Positions 23,967 to 36,136 of a stretch of DNA of 64,000 nt are shown one piece after another. The number at the start of each line of letters is the position of its first letter. Positions within the stretch are counted from its first letter, which is position 1. Source of the stretch: Cyanophora paradoxa CCMP329 (Eukaryota; Plantae; Glaucophyta). The stretch is taken from assembly GCA_004431415.1 (NCBI GenBank), contig QPMI01000062.1:248001-312000 (forward strand), written 5' to 3'. A model generated the notes under the pieces. It was not told the origin of the DNA and did not search any database. It saw nothing but the letters and a program-made list of their open reading frames with translations. The translations under genes were made by a program, and so were the position numbers.

Positions 23967-26900
23967 CTACCGCCTCGCTGGGGCCCCCGATGAGCCCGCA
24001 GCGGGGCCCGGCGCGCCCGCCGCGGCTGCCGGGGCCGGGGCGCGCAGGGGGCCGGCGGCGGCTGCGGCGGGGCGGCGCTGGAGCCGGCGCGGGCGGGCGC
24101 GGGGGCGGTGGCCGGGCGGCCGGGCGGGGGACCTGCCGGCGGCGGCGCGCTGGCGCTCGCTGGCGAGCTCCGCGCGCCGCTTGGCGAAGGCCTCCTCGAT
24201 GAGCTGCATGAGGGTCTTGCCCTGCCGCTGGGCGCTCGCCGCGACGCGCATGGCGAGCGGAGCCAGAGGAGGCGCCGACGGTCATGGCGGCTCCCCCCGC
24301 ACCTCCCCCAGCAGCCGCGCCAGCCCCGGGTTGTTCTCCGGCCCCAGCGGCGCCGCCCCGAAGCGGAAGGAGCGGGTCGACTGGGGGCCCCGCGGCGGCC
24401 CCGAGCGCTCGCGGGCCTGGCGGACGGCGGCGGCGAGGCCGACGACCCACGTCGCCAGCGTCCGCTCGTCCCGCGCCGACAGGTCCTGCGCCCCCGCCCC
24501 GCCCCCGTCAGGGCGGCAAGGCGGGGGAGCCGGGCCGGGCCGGGGCCCCGCACCAGGGTCCGCTGCGGCGTGACGACGGAGAAGCAGAGCCACGGCTCGT
24601 CCTGCGGCGGGGGCTCGGCTCGGCCCGGGCGCCGCGGGCGGGGCGGGGCGGGGCGGGGCGGCGGGCCTCGATCTTGGAGCGGCGGTGAATACGTCGGAGC
24701 GGGGCCCGAAGCAGACCCCGACGACGTCCTTCAGCGCGATGCTGCTCTTCGTCTTCCGCGCCTTCGCGTCGCCCCAGCCTGCCCCCGCCCCGCTCAGCCG
24801 CTTGCGGGTCGGCGGCGGCGGGACGCGAGCGGGGCGGACCGAGGGAGAGGCCGTCGCCGGAGAGCTGGAGCCAGCGGGGCTTGCGGGCGCCGCCGGCCTT
24901 GAAGTCGTGCTTGATGAGCTCGGCGCCCTGCCGCAGCGCCGCCAGCCGCTCGGCCTCGCGGTCCTTGGCCGTCAGCGCGTGCCGCAGGTCCGCCAGCTGC
25001 TTCCGCCACCGCGACGCCTCCGCGTCCTTCTCCCGCAGCTGCCCGCCCGCGCCCCTCAGCGGCGCCGCCTCGTGCAGGGCCGGAGCGGGGCGGGGCGAGC
25101 CTTGGCGGCGTGGAAGGCGCGGTCGGAGGCGATGCGGGAGGCGAGGCCCTCGACGCGCCCCTCCAGCGCCGCCGTCTCCGCCGCCCGCTGCCTCGCCGCC
25201 CCCGCCGCCTTCCCCGCCTCCCCCCGCTGCCAGCCCTGTCAGAGGCGCCAATCCGACGGAAAGGGCGGGCGGGGCGGACGGCGCGCTCGGCCTCCTCCTG
25301 GGCGGTGTCGAGGGCGGCCTGGAGCTCGCGGGCCTCGGCGGCGAGCTTCGCGAGGCGCCCCTCGAGCTCCTCGCTGCGGTCCGCCCGCTCCTCCAGCGAG
25401 GCCCGCTCGACCTCCCAGAGCCGCTCCTGTGCCTCCAGCCGCCGCTCGGCCGCCTCCGCGCGCTCCACGGCCTCCCGCGAGAGCCGCTCGAGCTCCGCCG
25501 CCGACTCCGCGCTCTGCAGCGCCGCCGCCTCCGCCGTCCGCGCCGCCTCCCGCGCCTCCTCCAGCGCCGCCTGCGCCCACCCGCCCCGCGTCAGCCGCGG
25601 GGAGCGCGCGGGGCCGGGGCCGGCGGGGCGCGCCGGCTCCTCGAGCTTCTCGCGGGCCTCCTCGAGCTCCTCCCGCAGCTTCTCCGCCTCCTCCTTGCCT
25701 GCCGCCGCCTCCTCGCGGGCCTTCTCGGCCTCCTCGCGGGCGGCGGCGAGCTCGGCCTGCGCCGCCTCGAGCTCGGCCTCCTTGGCGTCGAACTCCTGCT
25801 TGGCGCCCTCGAACCACTGCGCCTTCTCCTGCTCCGCGATCTCGATCTGCGCCCGCAGCTCCTCGTTCTCCTTGGCCAGCGCCTCGCGCGCCTCGTCGGC
25901 CTTGGCGGCGGCGGCGCGCAGCTCGGCCGCCTCGGCCTCGCGCTCGGCGAGGAGCGCGGCGCCCTCCTCGAGCGTCGCGTGCGCCGCCTGCAGGTCGGCC
26001 CGCGCCCGCTCCAGCTCGGCGCCGGCCTCGGGCCCGCCGCTCCGCAGCGCCTCCTCGACGCCGGCCAGCGCCGCGTCGCGCCCTCGCCCTCGCCGTCGCT
26101 GTCCGCCTCCTCCTCCTCCTCCAGGCTCTGCGGGCGCCCTCGAAATAAGGCCCGGCGGCATGGGAGGCCGCTCCGGAAGGGAGCGCACGGCGAGGACCTC
26201 CTCGAGGGCCGCCCGTAGACGAGGGCGAGCACCCGCGCGAACCGCATCCGCGCCGCCTGCGCCCGCGTCGGCGGCGCGGCGCGGGGCGGGGCGGGGCGGG
26301 GCGCGCACGGCGATGGCGCGCTGCTTCTCGCGGAGGTCGGCGCCCATAACGCGGAGCTCGCCCTCGCGCTCCTTGGCGACGGCGTGCAGCCGCTCCACCT
26401 CGCCTCGCAGCCGCAGCACCTCCCCTCCGGCCGCCTCCGCCTCCCGCCCGCCCCGCTGCGCCGCCTCCGCCTCGTGCAGCGCCTTGCGCAGCTCCGCCTC
26501 GCGGCTCTCCAGCTGGAAGGCGAGCCGCTCGCCCTCCTTGCGCGCCGCCGCGAGCTCCCCCGCCACACCCTCGCCTCCACCTCCACCGCGTCCCGCGCCC
26601 CCCGCGCCTCCTCCGCCGCCGCCCGCGCCTCGCGCTCGGCGCGGCGCGAGGCCTCGAGGTCGGCCCGGAGCGCCGCGAGCTCGGCCCCGCGCTCGGCGAA
26701 CTCGGCCGCCGTCGCCCGCAGCTGCTCCTCCAGCCGCTCGAGCGCCTCCTCCTCCTCCTCGTCGTCGCCGGCGCCGAGCTCGCCCCCGGGGGCCGCGCCC
26801 CGCGCCTCCCGCACGACCTCCTCCTCCTCCTCCTCCTCCTCCTCGTCCTCGTCCGAGAGGGCCTCGCCCTGCTTCTTGCGGGCGATGCGGAGGCGCGCGT

Positions 26901-29900
26901 GCAGCTCGTCGATCACCGGCTCGTACGCCGTCTCCAGCTCGCTCTTCTTCTTGCTCAGCGACGCGCTCCGCGGCAGCCCGCCCGCCCCGGAGCCCTCCGG
27001 CGACTTGGGCGAGCGCCCCGTCGACCCCGGCGACGGGCCCAGCGGGGCCGAGCCCTTGCGCAGCCCCGCCGGGGACGCGAACGGGTTGAAGGGCGCCGCG
27101 CCCGAGAGGGAGGAGGTCGCGCCGGCGGAGGGCGCCGACTGGAGGGGCCCCACGGACGAGCGGCGGCGGGCGGAGCGGGTCTTGAGCTCCTCGAGCGCCC
27201 GCACGCTCTCCTGCAGGCAGTCCGGCAGCTCCGCGCCGGCCGCCGGCCCCTCCCCGAAGCCGCGCGCCCGCGCGGCGGCCACCATCTGGCCGCCCACCTG
27301 GGCCATCGGGCTGCGGGGCGTCAGGCGGGCCCGGGCGGGGCGGGCGGGGGCCGGGGCGCCTGATGGGGGCGCCCGCCCGGCAGCGGAGAGCTCGCGCATG
27401 CGGTCCTTCAGGGTCCCCTTCGCCGCCCGCTCGAGCTCCGCCTGGCGCGCCGGTAAGCAGGGAGGGATCGGGAGCGGGGGAGGGGCGGGCGGGGCGGACG
27501 ATGCGGGCGCGGGAGGCGTCGAGCTCGCGCTGGTAGCCCTCGAGCTGGCGCCCGCGGGCGACGGCCTCGGCCTCCAGCGCGTTGTTGCGGGCCGTGAGCG
27601 TCGCCACCTGCACCTGCGCCGCCTCCAGCTCCGCCGCCATCGCCCCCGCCGACGACCGCGGCGACTCCGCCGGCTGCCCCCCGCCCGTCGGCCGCCGCCG
27701 CGGGGCGGGAGCAGGCGGCACGCGGAGCGGGCGCACCGACTTCTGCTCGGCGGCGGCGAGGCGGGCGTGGAGCTTCTCGACCTCCTCCCTCAACGCCGCC
27801 GCGTCGGCCTCCTCCTGGACGCGGGAGCCAAGTCAGCGCGGCGGCGGGGCGGCGCGGGGGGCGGCCGGGGCGCGCGCCTTGGCGGCGGCCTCGTAGACGG
27901 TGACGAGCTCGCGCTGCGCCTCGTCCAGCTGCGCCCGCGCCGCCGCCAGCTCCCCCGCAGCCGCCCCGCCTCCTCCGCCGCCCCCGCCGCCCCCGCCGCC
28001 GCCTCCTCCGCCGCCGTCAGCCGCCCGTGCAGCGCGTCCAGCTCGTCCTGCATCGCGAAGGCCTGCCGCGGTGCACGTCAAAAAGCCGCCGGGCGGCTGG
28101 GCGAGGCGGGCGGGCGGCGGGCCTTCTGCTTGGCGGCGGCGGCCTCGGCGCGGGCGGCGGAGAGGGCCGAGTCGGCGAGGAAGCTGCGCGGCTGCTCGCC
28201 CTCGGCCGCCGGCTCCTGGTGCCACTCAAAGCTCGCCGGCCGGCGCGCCCCGCGGGCCTCCGCCAGCGCGCCCTGCACCAGCACCTGCCGCCGCGCCGCC
28301 GCCTCCTCGTCGCTCTCCTCGTCGCCCGCCGCCGGGTCCTCCCCGCCGGCCGCCTCGAGGGCGGCGTGGACGCCCTCGCTTCGGGCCCGCCGGGCCTCGG
28401 TGAGGGCCTCGAGGCACGCGGAGCGGCGGCGGGACTCGCGCAGCTCGTCCTCCAGCGCCGCGTTGCGCTCCTGCAGGTCGGCGATCATCTGCTCCTGCTC
28501 CTCCGTCGTCCCCGTCAGCTCCGCAACCGACCGCCTGCGCCGCCGTCAGGCCCGCCTCGCCCCCGCGCCCCGCGCCGCCCCCGCCGCACCGGAGCTCGGC
28601 GAGCTGGGAGTGGGAGGCGCGGTGGCCGCCCGAGCCGGCCTCGGACTCGGTGCCGCTCTCCTCCTCCTCCTCCTCGTCGTCCCCGGCGCGCTTGCGGGCG
28701 GCGGCGGCGCGCTCGAGGGCCTCGAGGCGCTCGTCGGCCTCGTCCAGCAGCGCGTCCCGCTCCGCCACCTTCGCCTCCAGCTCCGCCACCCGCTTCCCCA
28801 GCGCCTCCGCCCGCGCCTCCGCCTCCGCCGCCCGCCGCTCCAGCTCCCCGCCCCCGCCCCCGGCGCCGGCGCCGCCGCCGCCGGCGTCGGGCTCTGCGCG
28901 CCCCGCCCCAGTCAGCGGGGTCCGGGGCGGGGCGGGCGGGCGGCGGGGCTCTGGGCCCGGACCTTGCGCGAGAAGGACATGTTGAACTGCGCGCGGATGT
29001 TCTCCAGGGCGTCCTCCGCCGCCCCGTCCGCCTCCGCCACGCCGCGCGCCTGCGCCGCCGCCGCCGCCGCAGCTGCTGCCTCCGACGCATCCGCGCGCTT
29101 CTGCGCCTGCTGCCGCAGGCTCTCGACCTAAGGCACCGTCAGCTGCGCCGCAAGAAGGACTTCAAGCGGTGCCGCGCCTCCTTCTCGCGCTCTGCCAGCG
29201 CGCGCTCGAGCAGCTGCACGCGGTCGCGCAGCACCTCCGCCTCCTCCATCGCCCGGTGCGCCGCCCTGCCGTGCGCGCGTGAGCACGCGCGCGCCTCTGC
29301 GCGAGAATGCAGGGGGGCGCACAGCCCCTCGCGCAGGCCCTCGATCTCGTGCTGCAGCGCCGAGCGGGTCCCCGCCAGGTCGCGGGCCGACTCCAGCTCC
29401 AGCCGCATCGACGCCTCTGACTGCTGCGACCGCTGCAGCGCCTGCCGCCGCGCTCAGCGCCGGCTCTGCGGGCCCAGGCGGGCGTCGTTTGGCGCACCGC
29501 TTTGAGCTCAGCGACCTCCGCGATGTGCTGTGCCGCGGACGCCGCCGGAGCGGCCGCACGCTGCGCCTGCTGCAGCTTGCGGTTCTCCACTTCCAAACGC
29601 CGGCATTTCTCCGACAGTAGCTCTAACTCCTCGACCTGCGGGCCCCACATGAGTGCGAAAAGTGGTCGAGACGAGGCGCTCCGGCGCGCCACGTCTTCCT
29701 CACGCACCTTCACTGACGTTTCGGTCTGCGCATTCGAGAGGAGCTCGGTGACGAGTTTGATCTGCAATTCCGAACGCAAGCGTCGGATGACAGAGCGGCG
29801 GCGGAACGCGTGTGTGCAGCTCAAGCACGGAGGCGGGGGGCGTCACAAACACTAGAACCACTTCTTATGCATAGCTAATGTGCGGATCAGCCGCCGAACG

Positions 29901-30081
29901 GAGCCAACCTGCTCTTCCTTGGCGGCAAGCTGGTCCTGCGGGCGTTGTCAGCGTCTGCGCCCGAGCGTTTCAACGGGAAATGAAGTACCTCTTGGGACTT
30001 GAGCGTCGCCTTGAGTCGGGCCTTCTCCTCCTGCTCAATGTCGAGGAGTTCTCTGGATTTCGTCCTGGCGTGCCCAAACAT
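23967..30081 (-). CDS. Long coiled-coil protein with a C-terminal PH domain (several apparent 1-2 nt frameshifts)
   Basis: Extensive E/A/R-rich heptads; C-terminus ALRQGAELIKHDFK..PRWLQLSGDGLSL|GWG..IALKDVVGVCFGPRSDVF..|PWLCFSVVTPQRTL|DLSA..LATWVVGL is PH-like (PLC/Mcp5/PRAF type). Confidence 0.75.
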
Positions 30082-30230
30082 AGCTATGTGCTCGCGTATT
30101 CGCGTACAAAGCGAGCTGTGGTGTCCGAGCCAGCACCCCAAGCGGGGATCTCGAGCCGACGATGCTGCTGCAGGCACTGGCCCCCGCCGGAGTCGAACCT
30201 GCGAAGGCAGGGGGTATAGCAGTTAGACGC

Positions 30231-32964
30231 ATGGGCGCCGAGCGGCGGCCGGGCTGGGCGGCCCGCGCGGCGGCGCTGCTGGTGCTCGCCGCTACGGCGA
30301 CAGCGCTCACGCCGATCATCTATCGATGGGACGCGCGAATCCGGCTCAGCGAGGTCGAAGGGACCCGCGCGGCGCAGCTCGTGGCCATCCAGCAGGCGCG
30401 TTTGTAGGCGTCGCGTTCTTTGAGATGCCATGCTGAGGAGCGCGCCTCAGGTCGGCATCGGTGTGGGCCATGTGAAGCGCGAAACTCCGCATGTCGCGTC
30501 GCACATATCGGAGACGCAGCTGCGCAGGCTACGCTCGCACGGTATTTGCGGACGTGGATGCCTCGTTCGCAAGTCGCAGCCGACCACGCGCCGCGGTACA
30601 GGGCTGCAGGTCGACGTATTGAACGACCCGAGCCCCGCGAACGCGCGGGAGGCCATGCGGCGCTCGCTGAAGGAGGCTCCGGGAGAGTACGATCACTTCC
30701 ACAACTACAACGTGGGCCGGTCCGCCCGCCCGCATCGCACGGACTGAGCACGCGCCCCGCAGGAGCTCACAACGAAGCTCCAGTCGCTCGCCGCCGCGTA
30801 CCCGAACCTGGCGACGCTCTCCTCTATCGGAAAGAGCGTGCAGAACCGCGAGCTGTGGGTCATGCGCATCACCGACAACCCGCGTGCGCGGCGCGGCGCG
30901 GCGCAGGCGGCGCTTCGGCCGGGGCTCACGCCCCGCGCGCGCGCAGACGACCAGGAGCCCGAGCCGGAGTTCAAGTACGTTGGGAACATGCACGGCGATG
31001 AGTCCGTTGGCCGCGAGATCCTCATCCGTCTCATCCAGGCGAACCGTGCCCCGCCGCCCCGCGCCCCGCCGGGCCCCTGACGCCCGGGCGCCTGCAGTAC
31101 TTGCTGGAGAACTACGGGAAGGACCCCGCGGTGACGGCGCTGGTGAACAGCACCGACATCTACATCCTTCCCTCTATGAACCCCGACGGCCCGCCCCGCC
31201 CCGCCAGGCCCCGCCCCGCCAGGCCAGGCCAGGCCAGGCCCCGCGTGACGCCCGGCCCCCGCAGGCTTCGAGCGGCGGACGCGCGAGAACGTGCACGGCG
31301 TCGACCTGAACCGCAACTTCCCCGGTACCCCCGCGGCCGCTGCGCTCTCCTCCGGGAGGGGCTGAGGCGGGGTGGGGCAGACCAGTTCCGGTCGCCGGCG
31401 AACACGCTGGAGGGGCGGGAGCCGGAGGTGCAGGCGCTGATGCGCTGGTCCATGTCCCGCCACTTCGTCCTCTCCGCCAACATGCACGGTGCACCGCGCC
31501 CCCGCGCCCGCACCCGCACTCTCTTTCCCGAGCCCGGGCCCGGGGCGCGCAGGCGGGGCCGTGGTGGCGAACTACCCGTGGGACGGCAACGCGGAGGGCG
31601 CCAGCGGCAAATACGCCGCGACGCCCGACGACGCCCTCTTCCGGTACCCCCCGCGCGCTCGCCCCCCGGGAACCCCCCTCACGCCCCGGCAGCTCCCTGG
31701 CGTCGACGTACGCCCAGGCGCACCCGACCATGAAGAACAGGCGCCCCCGGCCCCTCGCTCTCGGTTCCTCCTTGCGCGCGCTCTGACCCGCCGCCCAGCC
31801 CGGAGTTCCCGGGGGGCATCACGAACGGGGCCCAGTGGTACGTCCTCTACGGCGGCATGCAGGACGTGCGTACCCCCCCTCCATCCAACGCCCTCTTCCG
31901 TCCTCCGACGCCACTGCAGTGGAACTACATCTGGACGGGCGCCGTCGAGGTCCGGGGGGGGCCTCGCGCCGGCGCCGGTCCGGCCGGATCGGACGGGGGC
32001 GTGACCGCGCCGGCAGCTGACGATGGAGGTGAGCGAGATCAAGTTCCCGAGCAAGGAGACGCTGGAGGGGTTCTGGCGGGACAACCTGCCCCCCATGCTC
32101 GCCTACATGCGCCGCGTCCACACAGGCGTCCGCGGCATCGTCCGCGACGCCGTCACCGGTCCCCTCCCCTCCGCCCCCCCTCCACCACGCGTGGAGCGTG
32201 CGCTGAGCGTGGTCTGGTGGCGGGGCGCAGGGAAGCCGGTGGCGGCGAACGTGTCGGTGGTGGGGATCGACAAGACGGTGGCGAGCGACCCCGCCCGCGG
32301 TGACTACTACCGCCTCCTCGGTCCGCCCCTCCTGCCCGGCCCGCGGCTCAGCGGCTCAGCGGCCTCGGCGCGGCTGAGGCGTGCGCGGCAGTGCCGGGCG
32401 ACTACGAGCTGATCGTGGACGTGCCCGGGTACCGCGAGCAGCGCAAGCTCGTGCGGCCTACCCGACCGACGCCCGCCCCTCCCTCCCCGACCTCGACCCG
32501 ACGGCGGCCCCCGCGCAGGCGACGGTGCGGGAGATCGACGAGTCGCTGCCGCTCTCCGAGTGGGCGACGGTCGTGCACTTCAACCTCCACCCGCTCTCCG
32601 AGGGCGACGCCGCCCGCAAGGACCGCTCCAAGGACGCCCTCGCACTGTGGACCGTCTTCGGCCTCCTCCTCCTCGGCCCGCCAGCTCCCCCTCCTTCCCC
32701 TCCTCCTCCTCCTCCCCGCCTCCTAACGCGACCGCAGGGATGGTGTGCGGGCTGGTGTACCTGTGGGGCAAGCGGCGCGGGTGGGACTTCGTCTTCTGGC
32801 GGAAGGACGCGCAGGCGGGGCGGTACGCGGCGGTGGAGACGGAGCTCGAGGAGGGCCGCCCCGACGAGGAGGCCCTCTTCTACGCCGACGAGGAGGAGCA
32901 GCGCGCCGGCGCCGGGCCATCCCCGCCCGGCGGCGGCGGGCGCCGCACCCCCTCCCGCCGATAG
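30231..32964 (+). CDS. Metallocarboxypeptidase M14B (carboxypeptidase D/N/E-like), signal peptide and C-terminal TM
   Basis: IGKSVQNRELWV, EPEFKYVGNMHGDESVGRE, PSMNPDG, DLNRNFP, LSANMHGGAVVANYPWD, NGAQWYVLYGGMQDWNY. Confidence 0.95.
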
Positions 32965-33279
32965 CCCGCCCCTCCAGCGCGCCCCTTTGAGCTCCAAGCA
33001 GTCCCCTTAGTGCATCTTTCTGTACACGTATCCATTCTTCTCTTTCAAACCACCTCACAGTTCGGATCTACTTCCGAGTTTTTAGGCTCAGAAGAGCTTT
33101 GGCAATTCAGATTACACAACAGGTCATTGTGCTTACGAGGCACAAGGCAGAAGAGTGCTGTACAGGCGCGCGCGGGCCGGTATCGGCCGTGCTACAAAAA
33201 GCGCGCAAGAGTGGTGGTGCTACAAGTACAGGCCGCGGGGGCCCGCGAAGAAGGCCCCGGGCGAAAAGAACCCCCGAGG

Positions 33280-35190
33280 CTACAACTCGGCGACGGCGAC
33301 GGCAGCGGCAGCGGCGTCGGGGGCCGGGGCGGGGCCCGGTGCGGAGGCGAGGGCCTCGAGGGTGGCGGCGGGGACGGCGTAGGGCCCCGAGAGGAAGGCG
33401 TTCTTGTTGTCCTCGCACCCGAAGGCGACGACGAGGCCGGCCGCCTCCACCGCCACCGCCGCCTCCGCGAGGAGCGAGTGCAGGGGCGCCCCCGGGAGCG
33501 CCGCCCGCCGCCACACCCCCGTCTCCAGGTTCAGCAGGAAGCCGTCGCCCCGCCCGTCCGCGTAGGGCGCCGCCCCCATCACCAGCAGCGCCCGCCGCCC
33601 CACCCGCAGGCCCACGTGGTTCGTCCGCGCCCCCGGCGCCTCCCCCGTCGCCTGCGCCGGCCGCGTCAGGCCGCTGCGGTTCGGGTGTGCTCGGGGGGCG
33701 GTTCAAGGGAACGATCGCGCTCAGGTCCCAGGGTGTCCGCAACGCGGCCGGGGCCGCGGCTCGGAAGGATCCATTGGTAAAGTTTTGCGTTTCATCCTAT
33801 GCGCGGGGGCGGCGTGCGGGGCGCGGGGGCGCGGGGGCGCACGGAGACGAGGGCCCAGGCGTCGAGGGGCACGCTGTAGAGGTAGAGGTCGGCCCGCCAG
33901 CCGTCCCGGTCCGTCGTCCCTGCCCCCGCCCCCGCGCGTCGGCCGGCCGGCCGGGCTGGAGGAGGGCGAGCGGAGGGCGGGCCGGGGCGCACCGCCGAAG
34001 AGGAGGAGCTGGTCGCCGAAGGCGACGGCAGTGTGGCCGTGGCGCGGGGCGAGGAAGGAGCCCGTCGGGCTCCGCTGCTCCCACTCGCACCTCCGCGTCT
34101 GCCGCCCCGCCCCGCGTCGGCGGCCCGGCGGGGCGGGGCGGGGAGGGCGGGGGCACGGGCGCGCACGTCGAAGACGAAGACGTCGTTGCGGTGGATGCAG
34201 TTGACGTACCCCCCGATGACGAAGATGAGGTCCCCCACGGCCGTCATCGAGTGCCCGTTCCGCGGCGCCGGCACCTTGCCCGTCGCCTCCACCCGCGCCC
34301 ACTCACCCGTCTCCACGTCCTGCCAAGGCGTCAGCGGCCGGGGCGGCGGCGCCTGGTAGGGCGCGGCGGCGGCGCACGAGGCGGTAGAGGTCGTTGAGCC
34401 GCTCGTCGCGCCGCCCGTCGACCTTCGGCTCCTTGCGCCCGTAGAAGCCGTAGCTCCCCTGCAGCCGCTGGTGCTTCGCGCTCGCCTCCTCCGCCTTCGT
34501 CGGCGTCCGACCTGCGACCGATCCCAGTCGGCCCCGCGCCGCGCGCGACGCGCCGCGGGAAGCACACCCTCCCAGACGCCTCCGAATATGTACACGTGCT
34601 TTCCAATGGCTACGGCCTGCCGAGAGTTTTGCCGATCAGCCCCAGCCCGGGTTGCCCCGGGCGGCACTGAACCGACCGTATGCGAGCGTCTCGGGGTGGG
34701 GATGTCGCCGAACGCGTCCAGCTTTCGCCACGTTCCGCAAACTAGGGAGACTTCGCGATCAGGGATCGCGACTGAGGCGCAGCGCCGGCACACGCGCCTT
34801 GATCGTGGAGTTCCAGAATCCAGACATCGCTACTGAACTTGGTGTACGTCTCGCTGCCTCCGAAGACAACGACATAGCGATCGCAGGCTGTTGCCGATGC
34901 CCCGAACCGCCTGCGCCCGGGTGAGCGGCGGCCTGGGCTGGAAGATCGCGGCCGCACGGTGTCGGGCCCTGGCCCTCGGTCCGGACGTGCTTCCAAACCC
35001 TTCGCCAGTCTGCCAGGTGCGCATTAGGCAACGCAGACACGCAGGGAGACACGCGAGACGCACCAGCCTCGGAACCGAGGCGCGCGAACCGCGACGAGAT
35101 CTTGCGCGCCTGGCAAAGCTCCTCGGGGCTCAGATGCGAGAGAATCCCCACCAGGAGCTCGTCTGGTAGGTCCAGGAGCCCGCGATCCAT
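33280..35190 (-). CDS. F-box/kelch-repeat protein
   Basis: LLDLPDELLVGILSHLSPEEL F-box; kelch repeats PTPRRSHT, VYIFGG, PAPRNGHSMTAVGDLIFVIGG, APRHGHTAVAFGDQLLLFGG. Confidence 0.9.
33716..33805 (-). ncRNA. Intronic C/D box snoRNA, SNORD62/snR41-like (copy 1)
   Basis: Box C AGGATGA (33792-33798), guide ccaatggatcct plus D' CCGA, C'-like TGCGGA, box D CTGA (33721-33724), short terminal stem; inside an enlarged intron of the F-box/kelch gene. Confidence 0.82.
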
Positions 35191-35269
35191 CGCGGCAGCA
35201 CCGCGATCCTCGCCGCAACCAGACTTGACCGCGATACCCCTCCGAGCCTACCGAAAAAAACCAAAGCGC

Positions 35270-36046
35270 ATGCGCCTCGGCCTACGGCGGCTTGCGGCTG
35301 CATCGAACCTTCTTTCTAGGCGCTCCGCAAACTCGTTCGCCTTGCCGCGAGCCCTCCACACGATGTCGCAGCCCGAGGTCCGCTTCCGCGCCCCGGCGCG
35401 CTCGCCGCGCCAACGACACGTGCGCAGCATGTCATCGCGTACGTAACGGTGCCGTCTACCGAGGTCGCCGCCGAGGTCCGCGCCGCACTGCGGCAGCGCT
35501 CTCCTAGCGCGCGCCCGATGCCGGCCGACGCGCCTGAGCTGCGCGCACATGCTCGGCAGATGTCGAAGAAGATCGTCGAGAACAAGCTCGCAGCAGTGCG
35601 TCGCCGCAGCTGCCAGGCTGGAGCGCCGGCCGCGATGCGCATGCGGCTCTAGCTGGAGACGCTTCGCACGCAGTGCGTGACGTACAGCGGGACGACGAGC
35701 GTATACACGTGGGAGGGCAAGGTCGAGACCTCCTCCGAGCAGCTCATGATGATCAAGACGCGCGCCTCCCTCGCCCCCGGTGCGCCTCGGCCGCGGCGCC
35801 GCGGGCCCGGCCCTGGACCGTGCGGGGCTCACGCCGCCCCCGCCAGAACTCACCACCTTCATCAAGGGCATCCACCCCTACGTGCGCTCGGACGGGACTC
35901 CTCCCCTCCCGCCCCCTCCCCTCCTGACCCCGGGCCGGCCGGCGCCCCGGCAGAGTGTCCCGGAGGTGATCTTCACGCCGATTTTGTACGGCAACCCCGA
36001 CTACCTCGCCTGGATCGCCTCCTCCACCAAGGAGGGCGCGAAGTGA
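35270..36046 (+). CDS. cutA: CutA1 divalent-cation tolerance family protein with an Arg/Ser/Ala-rich organellar targeting-like N-terminus
   Basis: YVTVPSTE|MSKKIVENKLAA|CVTYSGTTSVYTWEGKVETSSEQLMMIKT..HPY|ECPEVIFTPILYGNPDYLAWI. Confidence 0.93.
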
Positions 36047-36136
36047 GCTCGAATTGACCGTCCGAGTGAACGAGCAAGGGGCAGGGCCAGGGGGAGGGGA
36101 GCGAGGGGGGTACGGGTCTCGGGAGAATGGGGTACG

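Noticed and set aside
24685-29505. Long + strand ORFs (487, 445, 659, 915 and 492 aa)
   Set aside because: Antisense shadows of the GC-rich coiled-coil gene with Arg/Pro/Ala/Ser-biased translations
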